Of a stretch of 64,000 nt of DNA, positions 31,719 through 41,212 are shown piece after piece (the first letter of the stretch is position 1; every line of letters begins with the position of its first letter). The position numbers and the translations under genes were made by a program. The stretch is from Acidimicrobiia bacterium. Its GTDB lineage: Bacteria; Actinomycetota; Acidimicrobiia; Spongiisociales; ZC4RG35. Under the pieces are notes generated by a model that saw only the letters and a program-made list of their open reading frames with translations, was not told the origin of the DNA and did not search any database. The stretch is from assembly GCA_965203555.1 (NCBI GenBank), contig CBDBCY010000004.1, positions 2,336,001 to 2,400,000 on the forward strand, in the 5' to 3' direction.

Positions 31719-33482
31719 TCACCAACTCAGGGCGTAGGAGGGGCGACGAGGATCTGCTCCGGCCTCCAGGATCCCTGAATCGGGATCACGCCGGGTCACG
31801 ATGGCGCCCTCCCCGCACACTTGTGATCTGGCTACCCTGTGGCCCAGCTGCGCCAGGGCTTCGGCCGTGTCTTCGGGAAAGCCGGGTTCCAACGACAGCC
31901 GCCCGGGAAAGTAGTGATGTGGGTAGAAAGAGTCGGGGACGCTGTCGGTGGCAAACCGGGGCGCCTCGACCGCTTCTTGGGGATTCATACCGAAAACGAA
32001 CGTGTTGAGCATCAGTTGGAGGTTTGCCTGCGTCTGGTGGTCGCCCCCGGGACAGCCGAAGGTCATCAGCGGCACACCGTTCTTCGCCGCTATGTAGCTG
32101 ACCAGAGTGGTTCTGGGTCGCTTCCCGGGCCGGACTGCGTTCGGGTGACCTTTCAGAAGGTTGAATGTCTCGATTCGCGTGCTGAGAGCGCAGCCGAGTT
32201 CCGGAAAGAAGACGGACTTTTCCAACGCGCCTCCGCTGGGAGTGGCGCAGGCCAGGTTTCCGTCGGAGTCGATGACGGCCAGATGGGTTGTTCCCGATCT
32301 GTGACGCGGGCTCTCGGTTGATCCAGCCGGAGGAGAGTCCGCCACGATCTCCGATTGGCCGGGCCGGTCGGAGTATGCCCAGGCATCACCTGCGGGGGGC
32401 ATCTCCGCAGTGGCCCTGGCCGGGTCGATCATGGCGGCCCGGCAGGCGCCGTATTGCTTTGACACGAGGGTGTCCACGGGCACGACAGCGTGGTCGGGAT
32501 CTCCGTAGAATGCCTGGCGGTCGGAGAGAGCGTATTTGAGAGTTTCCGTGACCGTGTGGATGTAGTCGGGTGTGTTGTGACCCATCGCTTTCAGATTGAA
32601 GTGTTCCAGCATGTCGAGCGCCTGCAGGAGTACCGCCGCCTGTGACCAGGTCCTCTGACCGTATATGCGGTGGCCGGCGAAAGTTGTGGACAACGGCTCT
32701 TCGAACTGCGACCGGTAGCCGGCCAGGTCGCCGTCGGCCAGGATCCCACTCACGCTCCGTGAGGATTCCACGATCAGCCTGGCCACTCTGCCTCGATAGA
32801 ACTCCTGCATCCCGGCGCGCAGTCTCTCGGATCGGACGCCGGTGCAGGCTGCTTCCGCCGTCACCAGTGATCTCAGGGTGTTCGCCAAACCGGGTTGTAC
32901 CAAAAGCGTCCCTTCTTCGGGCTGTCGGCCGCGGTCGTAGAGGATCTCAAGGCCGCCGGGAGGAAACAGTTCGAACTGACTGGATATGGACCGTGATCTC
33001 AAATGGTTGATCATGTACCGGTAGCGTGGGATCCCCCGGTCCGCATATTCAATGGCCGGCGCCACCACCTCTCCCAGGCTCTTGGTCCCATGGCGTTCGA
33101 GCATCGATATGGTGGCGTGGACGACGCCCGGCACGGTGAAAGACAGTGGCGCCTGGTTTCCGGGTCCGGTGGGGATGGCTTCCAGTCCCTTGGACAGGTA
33201 GAAGTCAAGGGTGGCCTGTTTAGGGGCGACTCCCTGGCCGCTCAGGGATACCAGGTCCTGCGACCGGCTGTCATAGAGCATGAAGACGCCTTCGGTGGCC
33301 AGGGAGAAGGCGGCGGTGGGTTCCACCACGGCAGCAGCGAAAACCCCGGCCGCCAGGGCGTCAAAGGCATTGCCTCCCGACAGCATCATTCGCATACCCG
33401 CCATAGAGGTCAGGTAATGACCGCTTGCGATAACCCCGCGGGTTCCTGATATGACCGGACGGCCGGTCGGTGATCGTTCCAT
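31719..33482 (-). CDS. ggt: Gamma-glutamyltransferase family protein
   Basis: GGNAFDA, VPG, catalytic Thr in GTTHLAVIDSDGN, PGKRPRTT, PGGDHQ, ADPRR; start re-called at ATG 33482. Confidence 0.9.
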   Translation of the reverse strand: MERSPTGRPVISGTRGVIASGHYLTSMAGMRMMLSGGNAFDALAAGVFAAAVVEPTAAFSLATEGVFMLYDSRSQDLVSLSGQGVAPKQATLDFYLSKGLEAIPTGPGNQAPLSFTVPGVVHATISMLERHGTKSLGEVVAPAIEYADRGIPRYRYMINHLRSRSISSQFELFPPGGLEILYDRGRQPEEGTLLVQPGLANTLRSLVTAEAACTGVRSERLRAGMQEFYRGRVARLIVESSRSVSGILADGDLAGYRSQFEEPLSTTFAGHRIYGQRTWSQAAVLLQALDMLEHFNLKAMGHNTPDYIHTVTETLKYALSDRQAFYGDPDHAVVPVDTLVSKQYGACRAAMIDPARATAEMPPAGDAWAYSDRPGQSEIVADSPPAGSTESPRHRSGTTHLAVIDSDGNLACATPSGGALEKSVFFPELGCALSTRIETFNLLKGHPNAVRPGKRPRTTLVSYIAAKNGVPLMTFGCPGGDHQTQANLQLMLNTFVFGMNPQEAVEAPRFATDSVPDSFYPHHYFPGRLSLEPGFPEDTAEALAQLGHRVARSQVCGEGAIVTRRDPDSGILEAGADPRRPSYALSW

Positions 33483-33532
33483 ATATCCGGTGAGGGACGG
33501 TAGTTCGGCGGAGAATACTGCGGGGGACCGGC

Positions 33533-33565
33533 GACATCCGGCCCGGTTCGGTTGGGCCGGATGTC
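33533..33565. repeat. Perfect 12-bp inverted repeat between ggt and the divergent gene
   Basis: GACATCCGGCCC-N9-GGGCCGGATGTC. Confidence 0.6.
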
Positions 33566-33579
33566 CATGTTCATCGCCC

Positions 33580-34155
33580 ATGCATGGAAAGCTTCGCAAC
33601 TTCATCGAGGCCGTCAACACCTTCGATGCCGTCTGCCGGAAGGTGTCGCCGTCGGCCTGGGACAACGATTCGCCCTGTGAGGGCTGGACGGCGCGCGATG
33701 TCGTGGCCCATCAGTGCGCGGTGCTCGACGCCCTCGCTCGGATCGCCCGAACCGGCGAGTGGAACAGACCTGTCAAAGTCGAACCTCCGACCGATCCGCT
33801 TGCCCGATGGGAACGAACGAGGGAAGCGGTACTGGCGGCGCTTCGCCGACCCGGGGTGATGGAGCGAGAGGACAAGTACTGGTTCGGGCGGATGGACATG
33901 GCCACCTTCGTGTCCTACGTGCAGTGGGATCCTCTGACTCACGCCTGGGACGTCGGAAAGGCGACCGGTGTCGACACAAACCTTCCGCCCGAACTGTGCG
34001 AGATCAGTTACGAGTTGATCGGAGAGAGGGCGGATTGGTTCCGCCGAACCGGTCGGATCGGACCGGCGGTTCAAGTCTCTGACGACGCATCGATCGTCGA
34101 TCGTTATCTGGCGCTGGTGGGGAGACGACCTTTGAGTCAGCCGACCAGAAGTTGA
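33580..34155 (+). CDS. TIGR03086-like protein, copy 2
   Basis: Paralog of 31124-31681 (hand count: about 45 differences in 185 aa); start ATG 33580. Confidence 0.85.
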   Translation: MHGKLRNFIEAVNTFDAVCRKVSPSAWDNDSPCEGWTARDVVAHQCAVLDALARIARTGEWNRPVKVEPPTDPLARWERTREAVLAALRRPGVMEREDKYWFGRMDMATFVSYVQWDPLTHAWDVGKATGVDTNLPPELCEISYELIGERADWFRRTGRIGPAVQVSDDASIVDRYLALVGRRPLSQPTRS

Positions 34156-35018
34156 GCCAGCAACCCGCCCACTGCGGCCACCGCGAACACATAGACGCCA
34201 AAGGCGACCAGGACTCCTTTGCCGGCCAGCTTTGCCAGGATCACGAACTCGGGGATGTTGAAACCGGCGCCGGAGATGGTTAGAGCAACGATCGCTCCGA
34301 TCCCGATCCCGGCTGATCGGAGAGCGTCGGCGATGGGGATGAAGACTTCGGTGTTGACGTAGAACAGCGTCCCGACCGCCGCCGCGGCCGGTATCGCCGC
34401 GTCCCCTGCCAGAACGGGAACCCGGGTAACGGTTTCGGCGGGCAAAAGTGCCGTGATTGCCAGGCCGATTCCCACTCCCACCACCAGCAGGGGCGCCATG
34501 GTGAGCAACAGTTTCCGGGAGGCTCTCCAGGCCGGTCGCCATTCTGCCCGCCAGCCTTGCCAGTGCCCGGCGTCTGTAGCCTCGGCCCCTCCGGCCAGGG
34601 TGGGAAGTGGTTTCATGAACCGTTCCAGACCATTTTTCTCCGCCACCAGCGCCAGACCCAGGGCCGCCGCGAACGTCACTCCCAGGTATAGGAGGGCTGC
34701 TTTCCAGCCCACGATGATCATGAGCGCTCCGAACAGAATAGGGTCCAGCACCGGCGCTGCCATGACGAAAGCCACATACCCGGCGGCTGTGACCCCCGCC
34801 TGTCGGAAGGCGACCAGCACCGGTATGGTCGAGTAGGTGCAAAAAGGGGTGATGAAACCCACGGCGATGCCCCGCAAAGCGGCGACCATCGGCGTGGCGC
34901 CCATCAGGGTCTTAAGCCGGGTGTTTCCCAACCGCCTTTGCGACATGTTCAACAAGAACGACACTCCGATGAACAGCGCGAGAAGCTCCACGAAGAGCCA
35001 GGCGGCCTCGCCGATCAT
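34137..35018 (-). CDS. Permease (ArsP/DUF318-like)
   Basis: GFITPFCTYSTIP, AAPVLDP, GAGFNIPE; multiple TM segments. Confidence 0.85.
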   Translation of the reverse strand: MIGEAAWLFVELLALFIGVSFLLNMSQRRLGNTRLKTLMGATPMVAALRGIAVGFITPFCTYSTIPVLVAFRQAGVTAAGYVAFVMAAPVLDPILFGALMIIVGWKAALLYLGVTFAAALGLALVAEKNGLERFMKPLPTLAGGAEATDAGHWQGWRAEWRPAWRASRKLLLTMAPLLVVGVGIGLAITALLPAETVTRVPVLAGDAAIPAAAAVGTLFYVNTEVFIPIADALRSAGIGIGAIVALTISGAGFNIPEFVILAKLAGKGVLVAFGVYVFAVAAVGGLLAQLLVG

Positions 35019-35054
35019 CTCGAGTGACGCCGCGCCGTGTGGAGTCGAGGCAGC

Positions 35055-35750
35055 CTAGCCCAACAGGGTGGGGGCTGAAGGGAAGGTGACGGGCTCGATG
35101 AGAGTCGGGTCATTGTTGATCACCTTGTTGACCCTGCGCGACACCGGGTGGGCTTCCCATTCCCGGATGTCGGGGTGTTCCAGGAGGCTCTGGGCGGCAA
35201 TAGGGTCGTCCAGGTCGGGGTCCAGCCACGGTGACCAGCGCTGCGGCGGGAGGGCGATGGGCATCCGATGATGAACGGAAGCGATCGGCCCTTCAGACTC
35301 TCCGGTGATGATGGCGCAGGACACCAGCCACTCTTCGTTGACGGGGTGGCGTCTCACCGACCACAGACCGGCAAATGCCAGGGGTTGTTGGTCGGAGCGG
35401 AAGATCCAGTGGGGGATGTGACCGTCCGACCGGGCGGTCCACTCGTAGAAGCCGTCGGCTGGGATCAGGCACCGCCGGTTGGCCATGCTCTTTCGGAACA
35501 AGGGTTTTCGGGCTGCTGTCTCTGAGCGTGCATTGATGTGGAACGTCTTGAGGTCCGGGGTCCAGTGGGGAATCAGGCCCCACCGCATGGCTTCCAGGCG
35601 GGTTGTCCCTTTGCGGTGGCGAACCGCATAGACGGGATCGGTCGGCGCCACGTTCCAACTGGGTGAGAGCGGCTCTTCGATTATCTCCTCGGCTTCGAGA
35701 TAGTCGCCGTATTCGTAGGGGTCTCGCGCCTGGCCGAACCTGCCGCACAT
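35055..35750 (-). CDS. SOS response-associated peptidase (SRAP/YedK)
   Basis: MCGRF N-terminus, WGLIP, INARSE, RCLIPADGFYEW, HHRMP. Confidence 0.93.
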   Translation of the reverse strand: MCGRFGQARDPYEYGDYLEAEEIIEEPLSPSWNVAPTDPVYAVRHRKGTTRLEAMRWGLIPHWTPDLKTFHINARSETAARKPLFRKSMANRRCLIPADGFYEWTARSDGHIPHWIFRSDQQPLAFAGLWSVRRHPVNEEWLVSCAIITGESEGPIASVHHRMPIALPPQRWSPWLDPDLDDPIAAQSLLEHPDIREWEAHPVSRRVNKVINNDPTLIEPVTFPSAPTLLG

Positions 35751-35793
35751 GCCGGTTAGTGTAAGAAGCCACCCGATAGAGGAGTTCCCCCTA

Positions 35794-36201
35794 ATGGCCA
35801 CTTTGGAAGAGTTCTGCACCATCACCGCCGGTCTTCGCCCCCGGATGCTGGGCAAGACCCCCTCCGGCGTCCGGCTCGATTTTGCTTTCGAGGGAACCGC
35901 GGAGAGTCCCCACTGGGAGGGGTCCCGGCCCGTGTCGGGAGTCGACTACGCCACGGTCCGCTCCGACGGGAATCTCAACCTGGACATCAGGGGCGTGATC
36001 GGAGAGGGACGCAAGACAGTCTCATACCGGGCCATGGGGGTGAGCGTCATGAAATCCAAGACCGAAGCCCTGCCCCGTGAACTCCTGACCTTCGAGACCT
36101 CCGACGAAGACCTGTCCTGGCTCAACACCGCCATCGGCGTGGCTGTCGGACAGGGCAAAGGCCTTGATCTGACCTTGACCGTCTACATAGTGAAGGACTG
36201 A
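35794..36201 (+). CDS. DUF3237-like beta-barrel protein
   Basis: GKTPSGVR, GVDYATVRSDG, LTFETSDEDLSWLN; GAGGAG RBS. Confidence 0.75.
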   Translation: MATLEEFCTITAGLRPRMLGKTPSGVRLDFAFEGTAESPHWEGSRPVSGVDYATVRSDGNLNLDIRGVIGEGRKTVSYRAMGVSVMKSKTEALPRELLTFETSDEDLSWLNTAIGVAVGQGKGLDLTLTVYIVKD

Positions 36202-36493
36202 TGTGAGCCGCCCAATCTGCAGGTCTCCCCGGACTGTCGGTGGGTTGGTTCCGGCGCGGGGGCATAGCCTCAGGGGGTGTTCCTAGCCTCGGCGGTGGCT
36301 GTGGCGTTGTCGGTGCCGGCTTCTATTGGGATGGGACTTGAGGTGCGGAACGGGGTGGATCGTGGAGATTCTTCCGGACTGGCTGTTGAATCGAGCGCGG
36401 AGGGGGCAGTGGTCAGTGAGTACGTGACATCCGATGCGTTGGTTTTGTCTGATAACGGGGACCGGATCGGGTTCGTTCACTTTGAAGAAGGAA

Positions 36494-36524
36494 ACTCCCT
36501 CCAGGAACAGGGCTGATCCGCCCA
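36494..36524. repeat. 31-bp direct repeat, copy 1 (duplicate of the enoyl-CoA hydratase 3' end)
   Basis: ACTCCCTCCAGGAACAGGGCTGATCCGCCCA identical to 38337-38367. Confidence 0.9.
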
Positions 36525-36534
36525 ACAGTCCCTC

Positions 36535-36705
36535 GATGATCCTGCGGGGTTCAACTCCTTTCACATGGTGATCATTAATCCCCCCTACCAGCGGCCCCGC
36601 GGCGGACAGAATGTCATTGACGTGGCCGGGGTGACCGAGGAGGCGGGCCGGATTGAGGGGGATGCGAGATCCCTGACCGACCTGGCGGTTTTGGGGAATG
36701 GCCGG
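36535..36705 (+). pseudogene. Fragment of an N6-adenine DNA methyltransferase (R-M relic)
   Basis: NSFHMVIINPPYQRPRGG resembles motif IV (NPPY); no rest of gene. Confidence 0.5.
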
Positions 36706-36710
36706 CGCTG

Positions 36711-37099
36711 TTACTTCGCAGAAGGTCGGGTGATCTCTTGCATCTTGCCTACGAAGAATTCCGAGGTCGTCAACACCTGGGTGGCTTCCTCCTCTGTCCA
36801 GTTTCCCCTGGCAAAGCGGTAGGCCGCCTCGTTACGCATAGCCAACAGCGGTTCAAGGACATCTTCCATGCCGGACGGCAGAGCACCGCCGGCTACCAGA
36901 TCATCTATTTTCTGTCGAACGCTGTCGTGGCTCTTGGATTTGATCCCCTGATGAAACAGTATTGCCTTGGCTGCGTAAAACGCGGCGTCGTAACTTTCGC
37001 GGATGCATCTGATGTATTCTCCCCACTTGATGAACTTTGCGCCCACCTCAGGGAATCCAATGACCGTTTCTGCAGCTTGGCCACGAATTCCTCATGCAT
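36711..37099 (-). pseudogene. HEPN-domain protein, frameshifted near 37048
   Basis: MHEEFVAKLQKRSLDSL overlaps the MNT stop; continuation VGAKF...YDAAFYAAKAIL...KSH...RNEAAY is in the -1 frame. Confidence 0.75.
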
Positions 37100-37469
37100 C
37101 CAGACGTTTTCCCTCCCGTCTTACGAAGTAATGGAAATCGTCGTCGCTTGACTCAAGCTCTCGAAGCGTGGTGGGATGCCCGTCAATGCAGACCCTGTGA
37201 GTAAGGCGGATGGGTTTCGCCACAGAGTACAGCAGGTTCAATTCCGCGCCGATCGCGCCTTCCTCGTGGAGGACAACCAGGAGGTCCACATCGGAGTCGG
37301 GGCGGTGAGTTCCAAGCGCCCGAGACCCAAAAAGCCAGACCTGCGCCAAACGTTTCCCGAACACACGATGGTAGCCATCCACCGCTTCGGCGATAGCCTT
37401 TTGCACTGTCTCTTCTGACGGCGACCCACGGAGCGGCGATTTAACAGATGCGTTGACAGACGGTTCCAT
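37092..37469 (-). CDS. Minimal nucleotidyltransferase (MNT) antitoxin
   Basis: LFGSRALGTHRPDSDVDLLVV; C-terminal VRREG. Confidence 0.9.
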   Translation of the reverse strand: MEPSVNASVKSPLRGSPSEETVQKAIAEAVDGYHRVFGKRLAQVWLFGSRALGTHRPDSDVDLLVVLHEEGAIGAELNLLYSVAKPIRLTHRVCIDGHPTTLRELESSDDDFHYFVRREGKRLDA

Positions 37470-37494
37470 CTGTGAAAACGAGCATAGCAAAACC

Positions 37495-37925
37495 GGCGGG
37501 AAAGGTTGAGGGTGGTGGGCGAGGGCGGTGAGGGGGTGGTGGGCCATGTGGGATTGCACATGCTGGGGCGTTTCGCCGATTCGATGGGGGTGACCGGGGC
37601 ACTGTCGGATGTGTTCGACGGCCGGGGGTGGTTCATGATCGGGGCGGGATGTTGTGTCATCGGAGTGCTGATGTTGACCGGCGGCAGACAGGCCTGTTCG
37701 GACATCGAGTGTCTACGCGCCCAGCCGGGCCTGTTCGGTCCGGTGGCGTCGTACTCCACCCTGTTTTCAGACGATGCGCGGCATCGAGGAACAGGCCCAA
37801 GCGGGGTTGGCCGCTGCTGTGAGCCGGGTGCGGAAACAAATATCGGAAAAGGTCGTCGGTTACCAACCGAACCGAGGAGTTGATCATGGATGTGGACGCG
37901 TCTTTGCACCAAGTGCATGTGAGCG
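37495..37925 (+). pseudogene. IS1380-family transposase remnant
   Basis: VVGHVGLHMLGRFADSMG / VHDRGGML / ACSDIECLRAQPGLFGPVAS / LIMDVDAS spread over several frames. Confidence 0.7.
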
Positions 37926-37929
37926 GCGC

Positions 37930-38246
37930 GCATGGAGCGTTTGGCCCGAGTTGGGGATTACCCGGGGGTGCTCCACTCAACCTGTTCGTTTTTGTCCCGA
38001 TGGTGGTGTTACCCGTGGGGAGATGGCGGCGTTTTTGATGCGGGCCTTTGATATCCCACCGGGTTCGCGGACGTGAGGGCGGACAGTTGGTACGCGGCCG
38101 ACGTGGACGCCCTGGCCGCGGCCGGGGTCACGGTGGGCTGTTCCGCTCAACCGCTGCGTTTCTGTCCCGACCAGCTGGTGACCCGTGGACAGATGGCAAC
38201 GTTCCTGGCCAGAGCAACAGGCCTGGTCGAGACGCCTTCTCCCTGA
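37930..38246 (+). pseudogene. S-layer homology (SLH) repeat remnant
   Basis: GITRGC..FCPDGGVTRGEMAAFL and FADV..WYAADVDALAAAGVTVGC..FCPDQLVTRGQMATFL in different frames. Confidence 0.8.
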
Positions 38247-38290
38247 ACCCTGCTGTCACTCGGTTCGGCCCAGACCGGCCGAACCGCGGT

Positions 38291-39064
38291 CTATGTCGAG
38301 CGGAAATCGGGCTTCCGTTTTTCCTTGAAGGCGGAGACTCCCTCCAGGAACAGGGCTGATCCGCCCAGCAGCCCCTGGCTGGCGGCTTCGGCGGCCAGTC
38401 CCTTGGCAACGGCCACCGAGGAGGTCTGATAGAGGAGTTTTCGGTTGGCGGCGTAGGCGGAGGTGGGCCCGTCGCAAAGCCGCTTCGCCCACTCCATGGC
38501 TTCTGACAGCGCTTCTCCTCCGGCTGAAACCCGGTGGCAGAGTCCGATGTCCGAGGACTCTTGCGCTCCCACTTTCCTGCCGGACATGGTGATCTCGATT
38601 GCCCGGCCCAGCCCCACCATCTGGGGTAGATACCAGGCGGTTCCCGAGTCGGGAGTGAGACCCAGGTGAATGAAGGCGCTCATGAAATAGGACCCGGGGT
38701 CCATCACCCGCACGTCACAACTCAGGGCTATCCCCATTCCTGCCCCGGCCGCCGGTCCGTTCACCGCCGCCACCGTAGGCACCGGGGACTCGTGAAAGGC
38801 GTCGATCATGGGATGGAAGTGCTGGTGAAGGATGGCTTCCAGGTCCCCGGCCTTTTCCATCTCCTCGGTCAGTTCCAGCAGATCCGCTCCCGCGCAGAAG
38901 GCTCGTCCTTCTCCGGTTACAACCGCGGCGCGGGCCTCTTTCCCGGCCCGTTGTACAGCCTCGGTGATTTCCCGGGCCATCGTCAGGGTGATGGCGTTGT
39001 AGCGGGCAGGGCGCCGAAGAGTCACGACGGCCACCTCCCCCACCAACTCATATCCGCATTGCAT
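38291..39064 (-). CDS. Enoyl-CoA hydratase/isomerase family protein
   Basis: AFCAGADL, AVNGPAAGAG, GLTPDSG, EGVSAFKEKRKPDF; start ATG 39064. Confidence 0.92.
   Translation of the reverse strand: MQCGYELVGEVAVVTLRRPARYNAITLTMAREITEAVQRAGKEARAAVVTGEGRAFCAGADLLELTEEMEKAGDLEAILHQHFHPMIDAFHESPVPTVAAVNGPAAGAGMGIALSCDVRVMDPGSYFMSAFIHLGLTPDSGTAWYLPQMVGLGRAIEITMSGRKVGAQESSDIGLCHRVSAGGEALSEAMEWAKRLCDGPTSAYAANRKLLYQTSSVAVAKGLAAEAASQGLLGGSALFLEGVSAFKEKRKPDFRST
38337..38367. repeat. 31-bp direct repeat, copy 2 (inside the hydratase gene)
   Basis: Identical to 36494-36524. Confidence 0.9.
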
Positions 39065-39191
39065 TAGCCGAGACCCTTTCCCTTCGACGTGGCTTCCACG
39101 GTAGCGAAGCGCCATGGGAATTCCTATTGGTGGGCCTGCCTGCAACGTATTCTGGAGTCCAGGACGAACTTGTATACGCTCACCTCTTAGC

Positions 39192-40427
39192 ATGTCTTCC
39201 CGATGTTCATTCTGCACCCGGCTCCCCGGCGCCGGTTCCTATGTGGTAGCCGGACCCAAGGGGGTTGGCATATGCGACCTGTGCGCGGTAACCGTCAACA
39301 CGGTCGCCCAGGAGGCGCTGCGACCCCATGGCACCGAAAGACTGGTCACCGGCATCAGACATCTGATGACCAACGACCCCGCCTGGGGGGGCCCGCTGGG
39401 CATCATCGACGACGCGGCCGTCGCCATCCGAAAGGGGAAGGTGGCCTGGGTGGGCGCGGAGCGGGAAATACCGCGCCAACTCGAGGAGCTGCCGCGACTG
39501 GATTGCGGGGGCCGGGTGGCAGTGCCGGGTTTTGTGGACGCATTCTGCCAGGTGGCGGGAACCGCGGGTGGGCCGGCGCCGCCCGACGAGTCATCGCCGA
39601 TTGAGATGGCCACCGAATGGGCCGGGCGATTGCTGGCCGGTGGCGCCACGTGTCTTCTGGTTTCGGTCAGGACCCGTGGCGATACCGAGGAGGACAGGGA
39701 GCGGATCGCTACCGCAAACATGCTCAAACAAGAGCTTCCCTTGAAGGTCGTGACCAGTTGGGCGGTGGGGCCGGATGCCGGCATCTCCCCCTTTGACGGG
39801 GAGGGAAAAGGGATTCTCCGAGATGTCGCCCAGTACCTTTCGGGGCTGTCGATCGTGGTGGGAACCGAAGGGTTTTCTCCCAGCGAGGCTCGCAAGGTTT
39901 GCTCTTCGATGGGGTCGGTGCGAAAGCGGGTGAGGCTGCACGGTGATCCGGACATACCGGCCGACGCGGTCCGCTCGATGCGCCCGCTGGCGGTCCAGGA
40001 CATGACCCAATTGGACGACTGGACTCTGCAGGCGCTGCGATCCAACGGTGGGGCCGTTGTCGTACAGCCCATGTCGAACTTCGGAGGGCGGCTACCGATC
40101 CGGAGCCTGAGGAGTCGGGGTATCACGGTTGCTTTGGGTACGGGTTGTCTGCCCGGTGAACGGTCCGTCACGTCGATGCCCTTTTTGGCCTGGGTGGCTT
40201 CGGAAGCGGCTGACATCCCGATCGAGACGGCGCTGTGGTGCGCCACCTACGGGGGCGCTCAGGCACTGGGTGACAAGGCAAGAGGACTGATCCGCCGGGG
40301 AGCGGTCGGCGATATGGCAATTCTGGATGTTGCCGACTTCCACGAGTTGGCCAACCATCCCGACCTGCCCATGGTGTGGGAACTGATACTGGAGGGAGAC
40401 CTGACCGCAGTGGGTCAAACCGGATGA
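39192..40427 (+). CDS. ClpX C4-type zinc finger fused to a degenerate HutI-like amidohydrolase
   Basis: CSFC..VVAGPKGVGICDLC, then amidohydrolase beta-sandwich (GKVAWVG, DCGGRVAVPGFVD, GLIRRGAVGDMAIL); metal-binding His residues mostly missing. Confidence 0.75.
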   Translation: MSSRCSFCTRLPGAGSYVVAGPKGVGICDLCAVTVNTVAQEALRPHGTERLVTGIRHLMTNDPAWGGPLGIIDDAAVAIRKGKVAWVGAEREIPRQLEELPRLDCGGRVAVPGFVDAFCQVAGTAGGPAPPDESSPIEMATEWAGRLLAGGATCLLVSVRTRGDTEEDRERIATANMLKQELPLKVVTSWAVGPDAGISPFDGEGKGILRDVAQYLSGLSIVVGTEGFSPSEARKVCSSMGSVRKRVRLHGDPDIPADAVRSMRPLAVQDMTQLDDWTLQALRSNGGAVVVQPMSNFGGRLPIRSLRSRGITVALGTGCLPGERSVTSMPFLAWVASEAADIPIETALWCATYGGAQALGDKARGLIRRGAVGDMAILDVADFHELANHPDLPMVWELILEGDLTAVGQTG

Positions 40428-41212
40428 ATTGGAAATCCGATCCCTCCCCGCTGGCGATCTCTCATCGAGGAGGAGCGGGTTTGTGGCCGGAGAACACCAT
40501 GGAAGCCTTCTCCAGAACGGTGGAGATGGGGTATCGGTGGATTGAGACCGACATCCATGTGACGGCGGACGGGGTGGTGGTGTGCCTTCACGATCCCACC
40601 CTGGAACGCACCACCGATGGCGAGGGAGAGGTGGCGAGGCTGCCCTGGAAAGAGGTGCGGGAACTCGACGCCGGATACACCCATCATCCGGACCAGGGTT
40701 TTCCCTTCCGGGGCCAAGGTGTCCGGATACCTTCCCTGGAAGAGGTGGCCTCCTCCTTTCCGGACCTGCGAATGGTGCTGGAGTTGAAGGCCGATCACAC
40801 CGAAGCGGCCCTGTTGCGACTGATTCGACGGTTGAAGCTCGGCGACCGGGTGATAATCGCATCTTTCTCCGATGCTCGATTGGCCCGCGTGCGGGAACTG
40901 TACGACGGAGATATAGCCACGTCCACCGGCGAAAAAGAGGTTGCCCGCTTGGTCAAGGCGGCCTGGCTGGGGAGACGGGCGCGTACCGACCATGCAGCTC
41001 TGCAGATCCCGACCCGGTCCGGTCTCGCGCCGCTCGTCACCCGGCGAACGGTCAAGGCCTACCATCGCATGGGACTGCAGGTGCATGTGTGGACGATCGA
41101 CCACCCCCGTCGCATGGAGCGTCTGCTGGACCGGGGAGTGGACGGCATCATGACCGACCGCCCCGATCTGCTGAAGGAGGTGTTCACCAAAAGAGGAATC
41201 TGGGGACAGTGA
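40424..41212 (+). CDS. Glycerophosphodiester phosphodiesterase
   Basis: SHRGGAGLWPENT, IETDIH, HDPTLERTT, ELK, VWTID, GIMTDRPD. Confidence 0.93.
   Translation: MNWKSDPSPLAISHRGGAGLWPENTMEAFSRTVEMGYRWIETDIHVTADGVVVCLHDPTLERTTDGEGEVARLPWKEVRELDAGYTHHPDQGFPFRGQGVRIPSLEEVASSFPDLRMVLELKADHTEAALLRLIRRLKLGDRVIIASFSDARLARVRELYDGDIATSTGEKEVARLVKAAWLGRRARTDHAALQIPTRSGLAPLVTRRTVKAYHRMGLQVHVWTIDHPRRMERLLDRGVDGIMTDRPDLLKEVFTKRGIWGQ

Noticed and set aside
36277-36516. 79-aa secreted protein
   Set aside because: Signal-like start, but it runs into the duplicated hydratase sequence; probably a truncated relic
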